Positions 1 to 15,300 of a stretch of DNA of 64,000 bases are shown one piece after another. Source of the DNA: Phoronis australis (taxonomy: Eukaryota > Animalia > Phoronida); the NCBI GenBank assembly GCA_002633005.1, contig NMRA01000094.1:395067-459066 (forward strand), read 5' to 3'. Both the position numbers and the translations under genes were made by a program. The notes under the pieces are model-generated. The model was not told where the DNA came from. It saw nothing but the letters and a program-made list of their open reading frames with translations, and ran no database searches. Numbering within the stretch: the stretch's first letter is position 1; every line of letters begins with the position of its first letter.

Positions 1-150
1 TGCAACATGTAATTGACACAACACATGTCAGGCTCACAAGTTAGGTCATTGCTGGCGCCCTCCAGCAACTGAACTGAAGGAAGTGAACCACTTTACCAAC
101 AAGTTTGTGGCCTCATGTAAGCGTGTAACAAATGAGGGATCAGGACTTAC

Positions 151-381
151 CACAAACAAAAGGATCTTCAGCATTTGAAGACAGAAATGTCTGCACAGGA
201 AGCAGCCAATCAAAGATGCCCATAAGTCTCATGTCGTTGAGTACAACAGTGAAGCGTGTAAGGTCCTGAGTCTCACGGAAGTGCAGCTCCATCTGTAGGT
301 TGGTGTCAGTACCAGACAGTTGGCTCTTATTCGGTTGCATAATACTAGTAAAGATATTGGGTCTCTGATTGACCGGGAGAT
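151..381 (-). CDS. VPS13D: VPS13D coding exon 33 ([18 protein letters not shown])
   Basis: CAG/GTAAGT, 231 nt. Confidence 0.9.
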
Positions 382-3300
382 CTGATAATGAGAAAGATGA
401 GACAAGGTCAACTCAGCAAGGACTGAGAATGAACAAAACAAGCAGGCTTGAATGAGCATCGGCCAAAATAACATGGAGGCTGACTTTGTGCCAAACTTCA
501 TTATGATCCTTCAAGCAGTTCTTGAGATAATAAGCAGGATGCTGACTATGATACATTTTTGTGAGCGCATAAAATGTTAACGTGACATCAATTATGGAAC
601 AAGAGAAATGCCGAGCAGTGAAATGCCCCCATGACTGCACTCCAAACGGTATGCTTCAAGGGGTGTTTATTTCCAGCATAAACAAGAGCAACGCGGAGCG
701 TTGAAATGCGGCCACGAATACATTGCAAATGGTGTGCATTTAGGGTTATTTATTTGTATCATAAAAATGGCCACTAGATGGTGCAAAAACCATACAATCC
801 ATCCAAAAAAAGGAACATGCCATATTTCATTTAAATCTGTCAGAAAAACAAAGGAAAACAGAATAAAATGAAATTGCCACTAGTGGGCACAGTGTCCAAT
901 GGATCCGCCCGAAAGTCATCGTCGTCTGTTGTTATCTTCACATAAATAAACTTACTAAATTTAATAAAGATTTTACAGTGGGTTTAGGAGATACAACTAT
1001 GGGCACAAAACAAAACTACCACTAGGAGGCGCCACAGTAGTCAAAGTCATCAGAAAATCATCGTCAGCCGTCCACTTCATAGTAAAAACATACATGCCAA
1101 TTTTCACAATTATTCTGAAAACGGTTTGGTTGATAGATAAGTGGACGCCAAAAAACTCGTAAAATCGGCCACTAGGTGGCGCAAACTACATTGAATCCAT
1201 CTCAAAACGAGAGGATAGTGTCACCTCACTAATAGGTGCCTCCATACCAAATTTCATAAAAATCCGTTATAAACTTTTGAAGATACAAAGGTAAGCGTAA
1301 AAAACTAAAATTGCCACTAGGGGGCACACCGGTAGTCTGATCCATCCGAAAGTTCACTCATGCCTTCCCATTCATGAATGGAACACGTGAGCCGAATTTC
1401 ATGAACCTATGTTGAAGAGTTTTGGAGATAGAGCAGCGGACGCCGGACGAACGCCGGAAGGACAGACGCCGGACGGACGGAGATGACGGCATAATGCATC
1501 CACATATAAACATGTGGGCACATAAAAATGGCCATTAAATGGCAAAGAATAAATTGAACCAATCCAAAAATGGGAAGGTGTCATCGTCTCTCAAAATTAT
1601 TTGCCAAATTTCACGAAAATACGCCAAAGAACCCCAAAAATATCAAGGCAAATGTAGAAAACAAACTGCCATTAAGAACCACAGAGGTAGTCGAATCCGT
1701 CCAGCAGTAGTCAAATCCGTCCATCTACTGTCAAGTTAATTACAAAATTTCAAAAACATCTTGCATGGGGTTTAAGCAATACCACAGTAGCTGAGCACAT
1801 CTGAAAATCCATCTCAGTCATGCTCACGTCAGTAGGAACATACCTGCCAATTTTCATAATGATGAACAGTTTGACAGATACGGATTGAAGCAGACGACAA
1901 AAAACAGACTAAAAATAATTAAAACCACCACTAGAAGGTGCAAAACATGTCGAATCCATTACAAAAAGGAAAGGTGCTGTTGTGTTCCTAATAGAAATTT
2001 GTTTCATGAAAAAGCATCAAGGGACTCTAAAGTTACAGAGGTAAACGTAAAAAATAAAATTGCCACTAGGGAGCACAGCTGTAGTTGGATGGGTCTGAAA
2101 CTGGCCGTTCTCTGTTGCGACCTCTATAGGAACCCATCTGCTAAATTTCAGAAAGATCTTACCAAGGGTTAAGGAAATACAGCAAAAAAATTGGCAGTAA
2201 AGAGAGCCAGAGTAGTTGAACACATCAGCCTTGGTCTTCTCATCAGAAACACATCTTCAAATTTTAATGAACCTTCAAGCGGTTTGGTCAATGGAGAGGG
2301 TGATGTAAAAAACGTACTCAAAAATTTTTTAAATGGCCACCGAGTGGTGCAGAATAAGTCAACTCCGCCCGAAAATGAGAAGGCATCGTCATCTCCTTAT
2401 TAATAGAAACCTATAGCAAAATTTTATGATAATAAAAATGGCCACTATTTGTCAAATCTATCCGAAAACTGGAACCTGTCAACTCTTTAATAGAAACCTA
2501 TTCATTAAATTATTGATAAAATCTGCCAGAGTTTCAAAGATACAGAGGACAACGAAAAAAATAAAATTGTCACTACCAGGCACAGCTGTAGTCGGAACCA
2601 TCCAAATGTCGTTGTCCATTGCCAACTTCATATAAATACACTTGCCAAATTTAATAAACATCCTACAGAGGGTTTGGGAGATACAGCCAGACACAAAAAA
2701 TGCCACTAGGAAGCGCCATAGTAGTCCGAGTTGCCCAAAAATCATCAGCCGTCATCTTCACAGCATAAACGCCCAATTTTCAAAAACATCCTTCGAGTGG
2801 TTTGGTTCATAGAGGGGCGGATGCCAAAAACCCACTAGAAAACAGAAAAATGATCACTAGATGGCGCAAAATACATCCGAAAACGCAATCATGTCATTGT
2901 TTCTTTAATAGAAAGCTAATAACCAAATTTCAAAACAATCTGCCAAGGAACTTCAGAGAATCACAGGAAAACTGAAAAAATGAAATTGCCACTAGGGGGC
3001 ACAGCGTTCATAAGTTGCTGTCTGTTGTCAACTTCATATAAATACACTAGTTAAATGTAATAAAAATCCTGCAGACGGTTTAAGAGATAATGCAATGGGC
3101 CCCCCAAAAAAAAAACAAAACTGCCACTAGTAGGCACCACAGTATTCGATGTCATCAGAAAATCGTCGTCAGCCATCTCCTTCACAGAAAGAACTTATAT
3201 GCCAATTTTCACAATCATCCTTAAAGTGGTTAGGTTGATAGAAGGGCAGATACCAAAAAACTCGAAAACAGTAAAAATGGCCACGAGGTGGCGCAAAATA

Positions 3301-6300
3301 CCTCGAATCCATCTGAAAATGGGACCTTAAAGATAGCATCATCTCACCAATAAATGCCTATCTGCCAAACTTTATAAAAATCCATTGAGGACAATTGAAG
3401 ATACAGAGGTAAACGTATAAAACTAAAATTGCCACAAGGGGGCACACTGGTAGTCAGACCCATCCGAAAGTTTTCTTATGCCATCCAATCAATGAAAGGA
3501 ACACGTGAAAAATTTCATGAACATACATCAAAGGGTTTTGGAGATAGAGCAGCGGACACCAGATGGACACCGGACGGGTGGACAGGGATGACGGCATAAT
3601 GTATCCACATATAATTATGTGGGTGCATAAAAATAATGACTACATAACATTTTGACATTAACTGTTTACCTCTAAAACGAGTGTCTTTCATGTGTATTGC
3701 TAAAGACACAAGGTCAATGTCTTTGGACTGGTCGGAGAAGGATTCAAAGGACAAACGTGACTTTTGGAAGTCAAGTCTGGCCAGAGATTTTTCATTTGTG
3801 ATTGCTGAGTCGTGTGAGGTTAGCAGTTCAACCGTGACATTGTTAAGAAAAACTTCAAATGAGTTGACCTTCCACACATCTCCACTGAGTACAGTCTGAA
3901 ACAAGTCATGTGATAATAATGAAATGAACACTTACAACAATTTCAACAACTGAAGAGTATGAATATCTAAAGTATTCAGTACAAATTCCTTGCAATTAAC
4001 AACATTATTCAGTCACATACATTGAGTTGACTAGACAATAAACGGTCACTTAAGGACGGTGCAATTAACAACATTATTCAGTCACATACATTGAGTTGAC
4101 TAGACAATAAACGGTCACTTAAGGACGGTGCAATTAACAACATTATTCAGTCACATACATTGAGTTGACTAGACAATAAACGGTCACTTAAGGACGGTGC
4201 AATTAACAACATTATTCAGTCACATACATTGAGTTGACTAGACAATAAACGGTCACTTAAGGACGGTGCAATTAACAACATTATTCAGTCACATACATTG
4301 AGTTGACTAGACAATAAACGGTCACTTAAGGACGGTGCAATTAACAACATTATTCAGTCACATACATTGAGTTGACTAGACAATAAACGGTCACTTAAGG
4401 ACGGTGCAATTAACAACATTATTCAGTCACATACATTGAGTTGACTAGACAATAAACGGTCACTTAAGGACGGTTGAACAAGTAGTAACAACAAATGAGG
4501 ACACACAGGAGAACAGTGACCAAAAATAAATCTAACACTGAGGCAATTTACTTTTGAAAAATAGTTGTACCATATTTTAAAAAAGAGATCCTTTTGCTCT
4601 TAGTAAGTGGTCTGGATTAATGGTTCATTTTACTTGTCAGCAACTATTGAAGAGACGGCATCATTCACCTGTATTCTAGGATCCTGCAGGTGAGACATCA
4701 AGGGCTGCCGGAACTGTTCCAGTGGCTCACCCAGGTTGTGACTGAGAACACCACGGATGAGGCGGTACTGATTAACATCCAGTGAACAATGGACAGACGA
4801 GAGCTCACCCATCACAGCTAGGTCAGGTACAGCATGGCTTAGATCATTGGCAAGGTTACGTTCCAGTTGCAGATTCAACATGCACTTGCGCTTCAGCAGT
4901 GGAATGTTCTGGAAACAGTATTGTATGTAGGTGCATTGTGGGAGAAATAGACCTGACTGGCTGGACTCATCATATCTATCAGGTTAAAAGTGTCCATTGC
5001 ATGAGAGAAATACTAGGTAAATAAAATAACTGATCTACAAATTAAGAATAAACACAAGCTTGAGCAAAAAGTCAACTGAACCAAAAACAAAATGACAAAA
5101 TTATGGAGAAAACGCATCGTGTGGTTCAATAGTTGTCCAGAGAATAATTCATTAGATTGACAACAATGATGTAGTGGAGTCAACTCCCCATGACAATGAG
5201 ATGCATAGCTGGGACAATACTCCCCCAGGCACTAAATAAGCTCCTGGTAATAATGGAATCTGGAAATGCTTTTTGTTACATGAATGCTTTTCGTCATCAA
5301 CGTTAAGCAATCAGTTTATTCAATTCTACTATAAAGATAAAGACCAGAGTACAGGGCTGACAACCCAGTAACATAACTTGTAACCTTCATGCAAAAAATC
5401 TGTATATTGTGAGTGGAAACTTGACTGATTTCCAACATTTTCACGAGCTTTAAATTTCAACCAAAATATGGCATGATAGCTGCGATTGGCAAATAAAAAT
5501 TAGTAGCTCCATTACATATCACTCCAAACCACAAAATTAGCAAAATTAAAAAAGTCACAATGTTTGTCACTTATGGTAACAATTCTTTCACTCAAATTTA
5601 CGTAAATCTAAAGTGGTTGCCACAGTGGGAATCATCATGGTTCCTGCTTTCAGCATAAATCCACTTTTACAGAAACAAATAAAAGAATAATGCTAAAATA
5701 CGAAACATTCCCAATTACGTTAATAGTCCCCTCGTTGTTTCAGTTTGATAATGAATAAAATCACATTGACCAGTGCAGGCTCAAGTGATGTCTTATTCAA
5801 ATCAATGTCGTAAGTACGAGCAAGCATCTCACAGTTTTGCATTATTGGACCATACCTGGCGTCTCACAAAGAAATCCCTGAACACCATATCTTGGCTCGT
5901 TGCTGTAGACATGTCAGTGAATCTCTCAGCAGAATACAGGTCCATGTCAGTAAGTTTCACTTCCCACACATCTAAGAGGCAAATATCATCAGACGATCGC
6001 GACCTGTCCAGACGAACATTGGAGATATTAGACAGTACAATCTGTCCTGGCATCTTGCTGAACTTTCCTGCACCAATGCGTCTCATGGGTGGGGACAACC
6101 GTGCCATATTACCATCATCTACTGTAAACACCATTTCTGAACTGGTATCCAGGGACTCTTCCCTGGAGTCCTGTTCCAGATTACCATAGATACTTTGCGT
6201 CATCGGATCAGATGTTGACATAGCAACATGGGCATCAGCTTTGGGAACGTTCTGAGAATTCGCTGAAAGATCCTTCAACTTCCTGTCACGAATCGTTCCC

Positions 6301-9300
6301 TCACTGCCATCCAACAGGAAGACATTGTGAACGGAGAGGGTGCCGAGATTGGCGACTAGAATGTCTGTGGACCGTGAACTGTGAGGAATGAGTATGACGG
6401 GAGCACCGGCCTCAATGTCCAGTAACATACGAACATTCAGTGTAGCTGACTCCTTCACCTACAACAAAGGGACAATGATCAATAACAGCTACTTAGTGAA
6501 AAGCCATTCACACATAGTAATATCAACAACCATCAAACTATATTTGATCACACAGCCAGGATTTCTATAGAAACTGAAGGTTCCAGGTCTTCCTTCACAT
6601 TAAACAATCTGTCAATTTGTCTCACCTTGTAATTTGTCAGTAGATTGGTACAAGAGCCGTTGTTTTCAAGACACATAAGGTTCTTTTGTGTAGAGCAGAG
6701 CAATAGGTCACTTGCGAGTTTCAAGTTAGTCAATGTGACGTAACCGGAAGGATGGCAAAACCTGCCATATTGTTCTTGTTTTGCCCCAAGTCTTTGCTAC
6801 ACACGCAAAATCTTACTGGAGTTCTTATGGTGAATTTTACGCTTAAGACATTAACACAATTTAAGAGATGGGTAGATGGATCATGGAATAACTATGAATG
6901 GACGAAGAAAATGTTAACTTGTTATGTTGTGCGAAGCTGTGAACGGACTGAAATTGGAACTCGACCCAGTCTAGGCTTGAATGCCGCAGGCATACAGGGG
7001 CGATAGTATATCCCCATAAAAAGTTACTCATTCAAAATACAGCAAATAAAATCAATTGAAACATGCATATGTGCACACAGAGTTATAATTACCACATACC
7101 CTGACTCTGGATACAATTAAGTCTACAAATAACTTGAACATATCTAATATGAAAACCTCGTGGTTCGCTTGAGTTTCTCTCACCGGGCGCCATTTTGTGG
7201 AAGTTAAATCAAATCACGCCTGTTGACAAACAAAAAGTCCAAGGGACACAAATCTTACAAACTTCACTTGATATTTTCCCCATGCTATTGTGCAAGTGTC
7301 ACGAGCCAGGTCACGCGCCAGGTCACGTGCTTCGCTCAGTCTCGCGCTAGCCTTTGCCACATACTCATCTGACTCAGTTGAAATACTTTGTGGTTATCGC
7401 GCGCACGGTTAAAGCTAACAGTAACCAAAAAGTGGAGTTGGAATTCTTTGCCAAAGTCACCTGAATTCCAGTAGCTATGCTTCATCGAAGACATGTTTAG
7501 AAGCAGAAAGGATCACTGAAGAAAGCACGCGCCTTTTTAGGTGATAATTTTAGGTGCAAAATGTATTTTTGACGTGGTGAAAACTTAATCAGTGAGCGGA
7601 TTTCGCCTACCGCCCATTTAAAATACACAGAACGAAATTAGTACAGAACGAGATGGAACGTATTGTAGTGCAAATCTGAATTTCATTTGTCATAACAGCA
7701 ATGCCAGTTTGGCATTTTTCACACTAAAAGATTAAAAACTCGAATTAAACAACAGAATACACTCTGCTACCCTATCGGGCAAATGGCCACACGACAAGCT
7801 TTTGCCCCACTTCCCGTGACGTCACAGTTAAGTCTCACATAATCTCGCGTTATTGTTATAAACTCGCAAATGACAACACTTCACGACAATAAAACACTGG
7901 CTAAAATAATGATATACTGTGTACTAAAACTGTTTGGCTTATAGAACTGAATTCCTCATAAAAAGTTAAGATAGGATCATTAATAGGAGATGAATTAGCC
8001 AAAATAGAAGAAGTAGGTTTTGGTTGATACAAGGTACTGTAACAGTTCTATTTGGTTTTAGTAAAAGTCTTTGAATCTTAGTAGACAATTGTCCGAGTCA
8101 TGATGGATAAATCACTGCAAGAACAGCTAACAGACAGATCTAGATTTAGCCTCAATTTGGAAATCTTTGAAGTTTAAAGTTAAATAAAATTTAAAAAGTT
8201 CAAAATGTCAATAATACCAGGAAGCCATGTATTGCTTCATTCTGTTCTCGTCTCCATACAGTACCTTAATTCCCGTGGAAGCAGCCCTCATTTGTCCTAG
8301 AATGTCTTGAAGCTGGTTGAAGTGTTGAACAAAGGCAATCATCTCTTGCATGAACCTATGAGTGTGTGTATACCACACAGCACTCACACGAATCTTGATC
8401 TTGGCATCAAACTCTCGACTGAGGTCAAGGTCAGGCAGACCATACCTGCAATGTGCGGATTAAAACGTTCTTTACACAGCACCATTCACTTATAGAAATT
8501 GTGTGGCCAACTCTGCCTTGTGAATTCGTAATGTCCATAATGTACTAGCAGTTAAGACAATTAACAAAAATGAAACTCACTTGAAGATGTCAAAGTTGAG
8601 AGCTTCGTCACCTACTGTGACAAACTTCTCTGAATACATGCGTCCATGTGGTGATGCGTCAACAATCGATACCTGCCCAATGGTGCCTTTCAAACCCACG
8701 TCACCATCCTCCAAGTTCACGTGAGCATCTAGCCCAGACAAGCTAGCCTTGGCCAGCTCATAGGATCCTTTATTAAGGATAATTGAAAATCGTTCAACTT
8801 TCAGCTTCAGCTCTGTGTTGGAGTCTTCTTCACTCTCCTGGGACACTACGGATGATGAACTTCTCTGTTTCAAGTTATCGAGGTCGTGAACTTTGGCACC
8901 CATGCCCAGAAAGTCAAGCAAGACCACCCATGTTTGAAGGTTGACGGTTGTTTCAAGACACTTGAAATCAACATCCACAAACTTCTTGCTCTAGAGAATT
9001 GATGAATTTCAAGATAATGTTATTAACAGAACTTGAAGCATTTCCTTCCATAATTAAAGCCATTAAATAATAAAAACATTGTCCTTATTTTTCACTTTTA
9101 CCATAACCTTACCATACTATAGTTATGTCTTTGTTAGTGTGTTGTACTGTGTCGCATTGCATTGTTTTGTGAATTGTCGTGACGGTTGTTAAATAAATCA
9201 ATCAAATTACCCTCAGCTTTCAATTTGCAAGAGATTACTTATCATTCAGAGGACACAGCGAAAGCAAGGAGTGTAGCAGTACTAGTACACTCCTTGGCGA

Positions 9301-12300
9301 AAGGATGTTGTGGCACTGCACACACCTTGAAAAGATTGTCCAATATATTCTTTATTCAACTGGGCAGACAGTACAGCACGAGCCTCCCAGACAAACTTTA
9401 TCAAGCCATCTTATTTCACATACAGACACCAACCTTGTGACTGACACCTTCTCTCCAGGGACAATTTCTTTCTACGATTAAGGCACTGATGTTTATCAAC
9501 GGACTTTGACTACAGTCTTCCATGTCTATATGAGGCTGGCTCTCAGCTGGACTTGGGGGAGGCGTGTTCGGATGGAGCAGACTAGTGGACAAGACATGGT
9601 GATAGAATAAGATACAGCAACAACTACTTTAAATTTGTTATTTAATTACTGACAACTGTGTTTCACTTTTCATTTATAAACAGTAATGTACTATAAAATT
9701 GAGAGTTACAAAGAAATGAAATGCTCTATAAAATACATAAAACTAGTAAAATTACACGATACACCTTCAACATGTACCTTGTTTGTTTACTCAACAGAGG
9801 CAATCCTGGACCACTAGCCACATTTCGACCATCAAACGCACTATTCCACTTCAAGCTGGATGGTAACGACGACGGCATCTCAGGATAGCGTACAGGAATC
9901 CTGCTGTCGGGACATGATGTTGACAGAAATGACTTTGGAGGGGTGGTGGTGCCCCGTGCCTTACGACTGCTCTGTGTGGATGAGTACATTATACGGCGAT
10001 GTTTAGAGCTCGGATCTTGTAACAGATCCTCCATAATGAGACTTTGTAGACTGACTTGAAGTGATGTCTCATATTTGTTCCCCTTCTCCAGGGTGACCCT
10101 GAACTCATTGAGCGACAGGTCAACAAGTCCCTGGTCATGCCCCTCACCAAAGTCTCCCTGCAGCTCAACACTGACAGCAGGCACTTCAAAGTTAGCCTTG
10201 GTTATGGTGGTGTTCTCCAGCTCATCCACTGTGCTCATGATAGTCGTACGACGATGCTGGTCCTGCACATAATTAGATAACTCAGACTCTGATTGAGAAG
10301 GAGATTTCTTAATCGCCAAGTTGTCTTTTGTCTTCAGAATCTGTTCGTACGTCTGCTTAGTCAGGACTATTTTCAGAGGCGTAATGATACGCCCGCTGAT
10401 CTCCATTACAGTAGAAGGAGGCCTTTGCCTGGTAGTAATGTCCTCTTTCTTGAATAAGCCTTCCATTGAGAAGCTTTCATCATTTAACAACTTGGGCTCT
10501 GTCCACTGCACTTTAATCTCCAGTGCAGTGTCATGGATAATGGGCACTCCCATATCCTTACCAGAATACAAGTCGAAGTGTGCTTGAGATATGCTAACAT
10601 CAACACAGTCTTCCTTATTACTATACTTGGACAAGTCAACAGCATAAAGATTCATATCACGTATCTCAATATTCATACAGTCCTGCTTCTCTGTACAACC
10701 TCTTTCCCATTCAGGTGACATGTCGTCCTCGTGCTCCATGTTCTGTATACGGATGCGTCCCAAGTGAGCCACCAACACCTCCAAACTTGTTGTTTCTTTC
10801 GGTATGAGAATGACGGGCGTTTGACAACTGACATCTATTTTAAACTTTGTCTGGGGGTTGGTTTCCTCATGCAACACACCCTCTTTTTCTTCCTCTTCAA
10901 ACACAACAGACTCAATCAAGTGAGCGGTTGTGTCTATTTTTTTCTTCGGTGACTCGTATAAGCTGACATTACTCCCAAACATCTGAGAGCCCAGGATATC
11001 GCCTGTTCGCTTATTGACTATTTTACTGGCCATTTCCACAGCTGCTTGACTGACTGCAGATGCTATCCCTTTGAAGAAGTCTTGAAATCCTTGTAGACAC
11101 AGTTCAAGGTCATATAAGAAATTTGGCGAGTGTGTGTAGCACAACGATGCCACCTGTAGGTTAACAGTGACAACTTCATCCTGCACATCATCAGCTATGG
11201 ACTGATTGGCTAGGCTGATGGCAGAGTGAAATAAGCCAGGGTTTATGTCAGTCTCTTGTTGCTTCACTACACAGAATGTGAAAGCCCTGTTCTCTGTGTC
11301 TGTCATACTCATCAACATGGACTCAGACAAAGCAGTCTTAAACATCCCAGGATGAGGCTGACCAAGAAAAGAATGGGAAAGGTCACCCAAGGGGTCGCAG
11401 CCAACGCTGAACACCTTATGATAGGTGGCACCTTCTTGAGTGAGATCAGTCACTTGCAAGCCTCCCAAGGATCCATCGACAAGTAGATGCTCTCCTGCAA
11501 AATATGCACATGATACGATCCGTCAAGTACGTACTAAAAAATAAGAATTTTTGCTTTAACCAGGGCTTGGAATGACCAATGACAAAAAACGCGGAAACTT
11601 TGAAACTTTTACAGCCCAAATCATGCCCGATAACCAGCCTTGAAATGGTCAATGTGAACCTTTCCCCGACAAAAATCGGGAGGACTAAAAAAAAAAAAAA
11701 CAAAAAAAAACCAACAAAAAAAAAACGTTACCGCCATCAGTAGCATGCGTCTGCGTCCTTTTAGCTCGCCCGTCCACTCCCAACCCACACATTTTTGGCT
11801 GCAGAGCGGTAGTATTTGTCGCCGCGCTTAACAATAACACGAGACGCCATTGAAAATCCCACCACGCTGTCCCAGCAATGTTGACAATTTACGTTCCTCC
11901 AAAACATAAAGAGCAACTTCCGCTTTTCGAGGTAAACGTCGTCTGCAACGCGCGGTAAGAAAGGAATTTGCCGCAGAAATTTTTTATCAAATCTGATTTT
12001 TTTACGCGGAAATATTATAAAAAAGCAGAAAGCACATTTGAAAAAAGCAGAAATCCGCGTTTCCGCGGAAAATTCCAAGCCCTGTTTAACAGTTTTCATC
12101 AAATTCTCAATCCTTTATTTCATTCGGAATAGCACAAAACATGTATTCCTCAGGTTGGACCAGTATGCTGAAAGTTTCCTTAGACACAAATAAAATAACA
12201 GCAATGCATGAAGAAGTTACCTACCCAGAGTACACTGGATTTTTGCATCAACTAGTGTTGCCGTGGCAACTTTGACAGCTACTGTTTCATTTGGTTGACG

Positions 12301-15300
12301 ATGGTCCAGTCTCATCAGTAATACATTCAAACGATGGAAGTCTGCGTTTATTTCTGTGCGCACTTTGTTGACCTAAATGAACACAACATCCTATAGTCGA
12401 AGAGCATTTCTACAAAATTTTGAGGCTGTATTTGGAGACACTTTCATTACTCTCCATCTCTGCACAATTTCCCTTTTTTCATGCCATAACAGCCCCATAA
12501 TACTGTACAAAGATGTGGACTGAAAGTAACTTGGCACATAAATTTCCTCACTTCAAATTAATGAGGTGCCCCAGCCTACTCCCCCAAGCAATAGCCCAAT
12601 GAAACCCTTAACTGCAAAAGAATGTAGCTGGGCCAAACCAACTTACACTGTTAGTCACAGGCTTCATCTTCTCCTTGACCATAGTCTCTGATGACTTGGT
12701 CTCCTTGCCAACAGACGGAAAGATCCGTTGGAAGAATGAGAGCAGTTCTACCAGAGTAACTGGATTGGCTAGAAAACAAAGCAATTACTTCAGAACACGA
12801 GTTCCAGGTCAAATTAAATAAAAGTAAACATAGTAAAATAATATGAAAAACTCAAATCTACAATATTTATAAATCAGATCGTCCACACTGTTCCTAAGCA
12901 AATAATAAATCTTACAAATCTCTTAAAAATAATTCATTGGTCAAATCTAACGATGAGTAATGATTTCTGTCCAAATCAAGAGGCAATCATGAAGTCTCCT
13001 ACAATTCCAGTAGTGAACAAAATTCCTCAGATTGACAAGTGGTCTCCAATGAACTAGAATTCCTCAGATTGACAAGTGGCCTCCAGTGAACTAGAGTGTC
13101 TGCAAGGCAGTAGAAGCACCAGACGGAGCAAAATTTTTCTCTGGAGTCAAGGATCATCAATATGAGAATAATGAGGTAACAGCCCTTCTTACATACAGTG
13201 AAATGCTCTCAAGGTGTTCACTATCTTTACAGCATACCTTGATCCAGTTGTAAGGACTGAAGTTATGCTCTCTTTGGTAAGTCCAAGACAGAAGACATTT
13301 GATGACAAGCATTTGAAACAGTGGAATGAATTTCACAAAACTTATTTGATTTCTGCACAGTACAAAACAGGATTACATACCAATGAACTCCAGACAATTG
13401 AACTGAATAGTGGCTATCTGCAGTGTTTCATCACAGGGTGTTGCAGGTTGTATCAACTCGTACTCCACAGAGATGAGCGCCTCCTCATCTGGGACCATCA
13501 CCAGGTGGCAGTAGGTGTCAGGTGACACAGGGGAGGAGGGAGCAGCTTGAGAACAAGGTGCTTCCATCTGTGGCTTGTCTGGAACAAGGAAAGGAATTAA
13601 TGGGTTTGTTTGGAACAAGGTATGGAATGCATTATTTGAACATGTCTTTAGTTGAAACAATGGAAGGAATATCTCATTTGAACATTAATCAGTGCAAAAT
13701 CAGTGATGAAGTAGTAATTGTGGTGATGAGCTTTTAAGAAGGTTCATTTTTCCTTTGTCAAAGGTTCCGGAGCCTGAATTATTAGCTTTATAAATTCAAC
13801 TTTAAATATACTAAATTTAAATGTTTTTACTTCAGAAATCTTTGAATTTCAGTATTTACAACAACAATTGTTATTGCAAAAGCTCAATTTTTGAGGCTCT
13901 TCTAAACTAGTTCACTGTGACAGATACTGCACTGGCAACAATCGCCTAGTTTGAAATTTCTTAGCAAATAATTTTGATGCTCAATACCTGAAGAATTTCC
14001 TATGAAACTTGTAAAAGCAGCAGTGACGGCATTCTGTAGTGACGTGGTCATCCCAGTGGTGGCGCTACTGAGCATGGTTTCACCGGGGGAGTGCAGTGAG
14101 CGTGGAGACGAGGGGCTCTGCGGTGACAGTGGAGACATGGCCATGTCAGGGGAGCCAGGTTCAGAGCCACGGATACTGCCACTCTTGGTGTCCAAACTGC
14201 ACACACATTACAGAGAAATGTACACAAACAAGTCCAACTTTCAAAGCAACTGAGAGTAGACACAAGCAGAACACAGCGGCCATTGTTCGACTTGAAATAA
14301 GCGATGTAAGAATTAACTTGTACTTGAAACAAGTCTGAACAGCACAGTGGTTTGGGCTGTAACCATTTATTGGTACTCTCATAAGGCAAGTTAGCTGTCT
14401 AAAGATAACACTACTGACTCATCAGAGTTCATCAATTATTTCACTAACTTGCCTCATTTGAGTCTGCTTTGGGTAGATGTTAGGCTTGAAAGCATAGTTA
14501 TACACATGAGATGTTCGACAAAATATACTTTTTGGCATTTATCAAAGCTACTCTGCTTGTAATGACGTTGGCTTGCAAGCAGAAAGTACTGTACATTGAC
14601 ATAAATGATACACTTTCGTACAGTACCGTACAATGACATAAATGATACACTTTCGTACAATACTTACTGTTTAAAACATGCGGTGCTAATGGAGATAAAA
14701 ACCACTTTCACCAATATTATTTTGAGTGACAACATGCTCGTCAATAATGAGTGGACCGGCCAAGAAGTAACCAGCCACATCACAAAATCCAAATGTTAAA
14801 GACAAGTAAACCCAGGTTCTTTGTGCATCTTTGCAAGCAGCAAGACAACAACTCCAGCAAGTGTTAACCAGAATAATTTGAGTGATTTGCAGTGTCAGTT
14901 TACCTGAGTCTTCATTTTACTTCCAAAATCAGACACATCTGTAAAATGCTCTCTGAATAGTTCAAATAAATGCAGTTACCTGAGGTTCTTGTGTGATGCG
15001 ACGAGCAGTTCAAAGTCAGGTCCATAGGTCTGTATGGCATCAGCAATGAGTAGACTATGAACAGACATGGAGACGGACATGTTGAGGGGTCGTTTGGTGA
15101 AGGTGGCGTGAACACCTGACACCTGCAGTTCAGCAGCACTCATACCTGGACGGAAAGAATGAACGTCAGGTGGTGATGTGGACACTCATTGGAGGCCAGG
15201 CGGGCACAGGTAAACAACATTTAATTAAATATGAATCTGTCAATTTGAGAAAGAAACAATTTCCTCAGGAAAGCATGTTATGCTTTGGTATACACATTTA

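Noticed and set aside
3992-4474. Possible CRISPR array
   Set aside because: Units are fully identical with no unique spacers, and the context is a eukaryotic intron.
9726-11468. Stand-alone 580-aa gene
   Set aside because: It is one large internal exon of VPS13D with flanking splice sites and matching phases.
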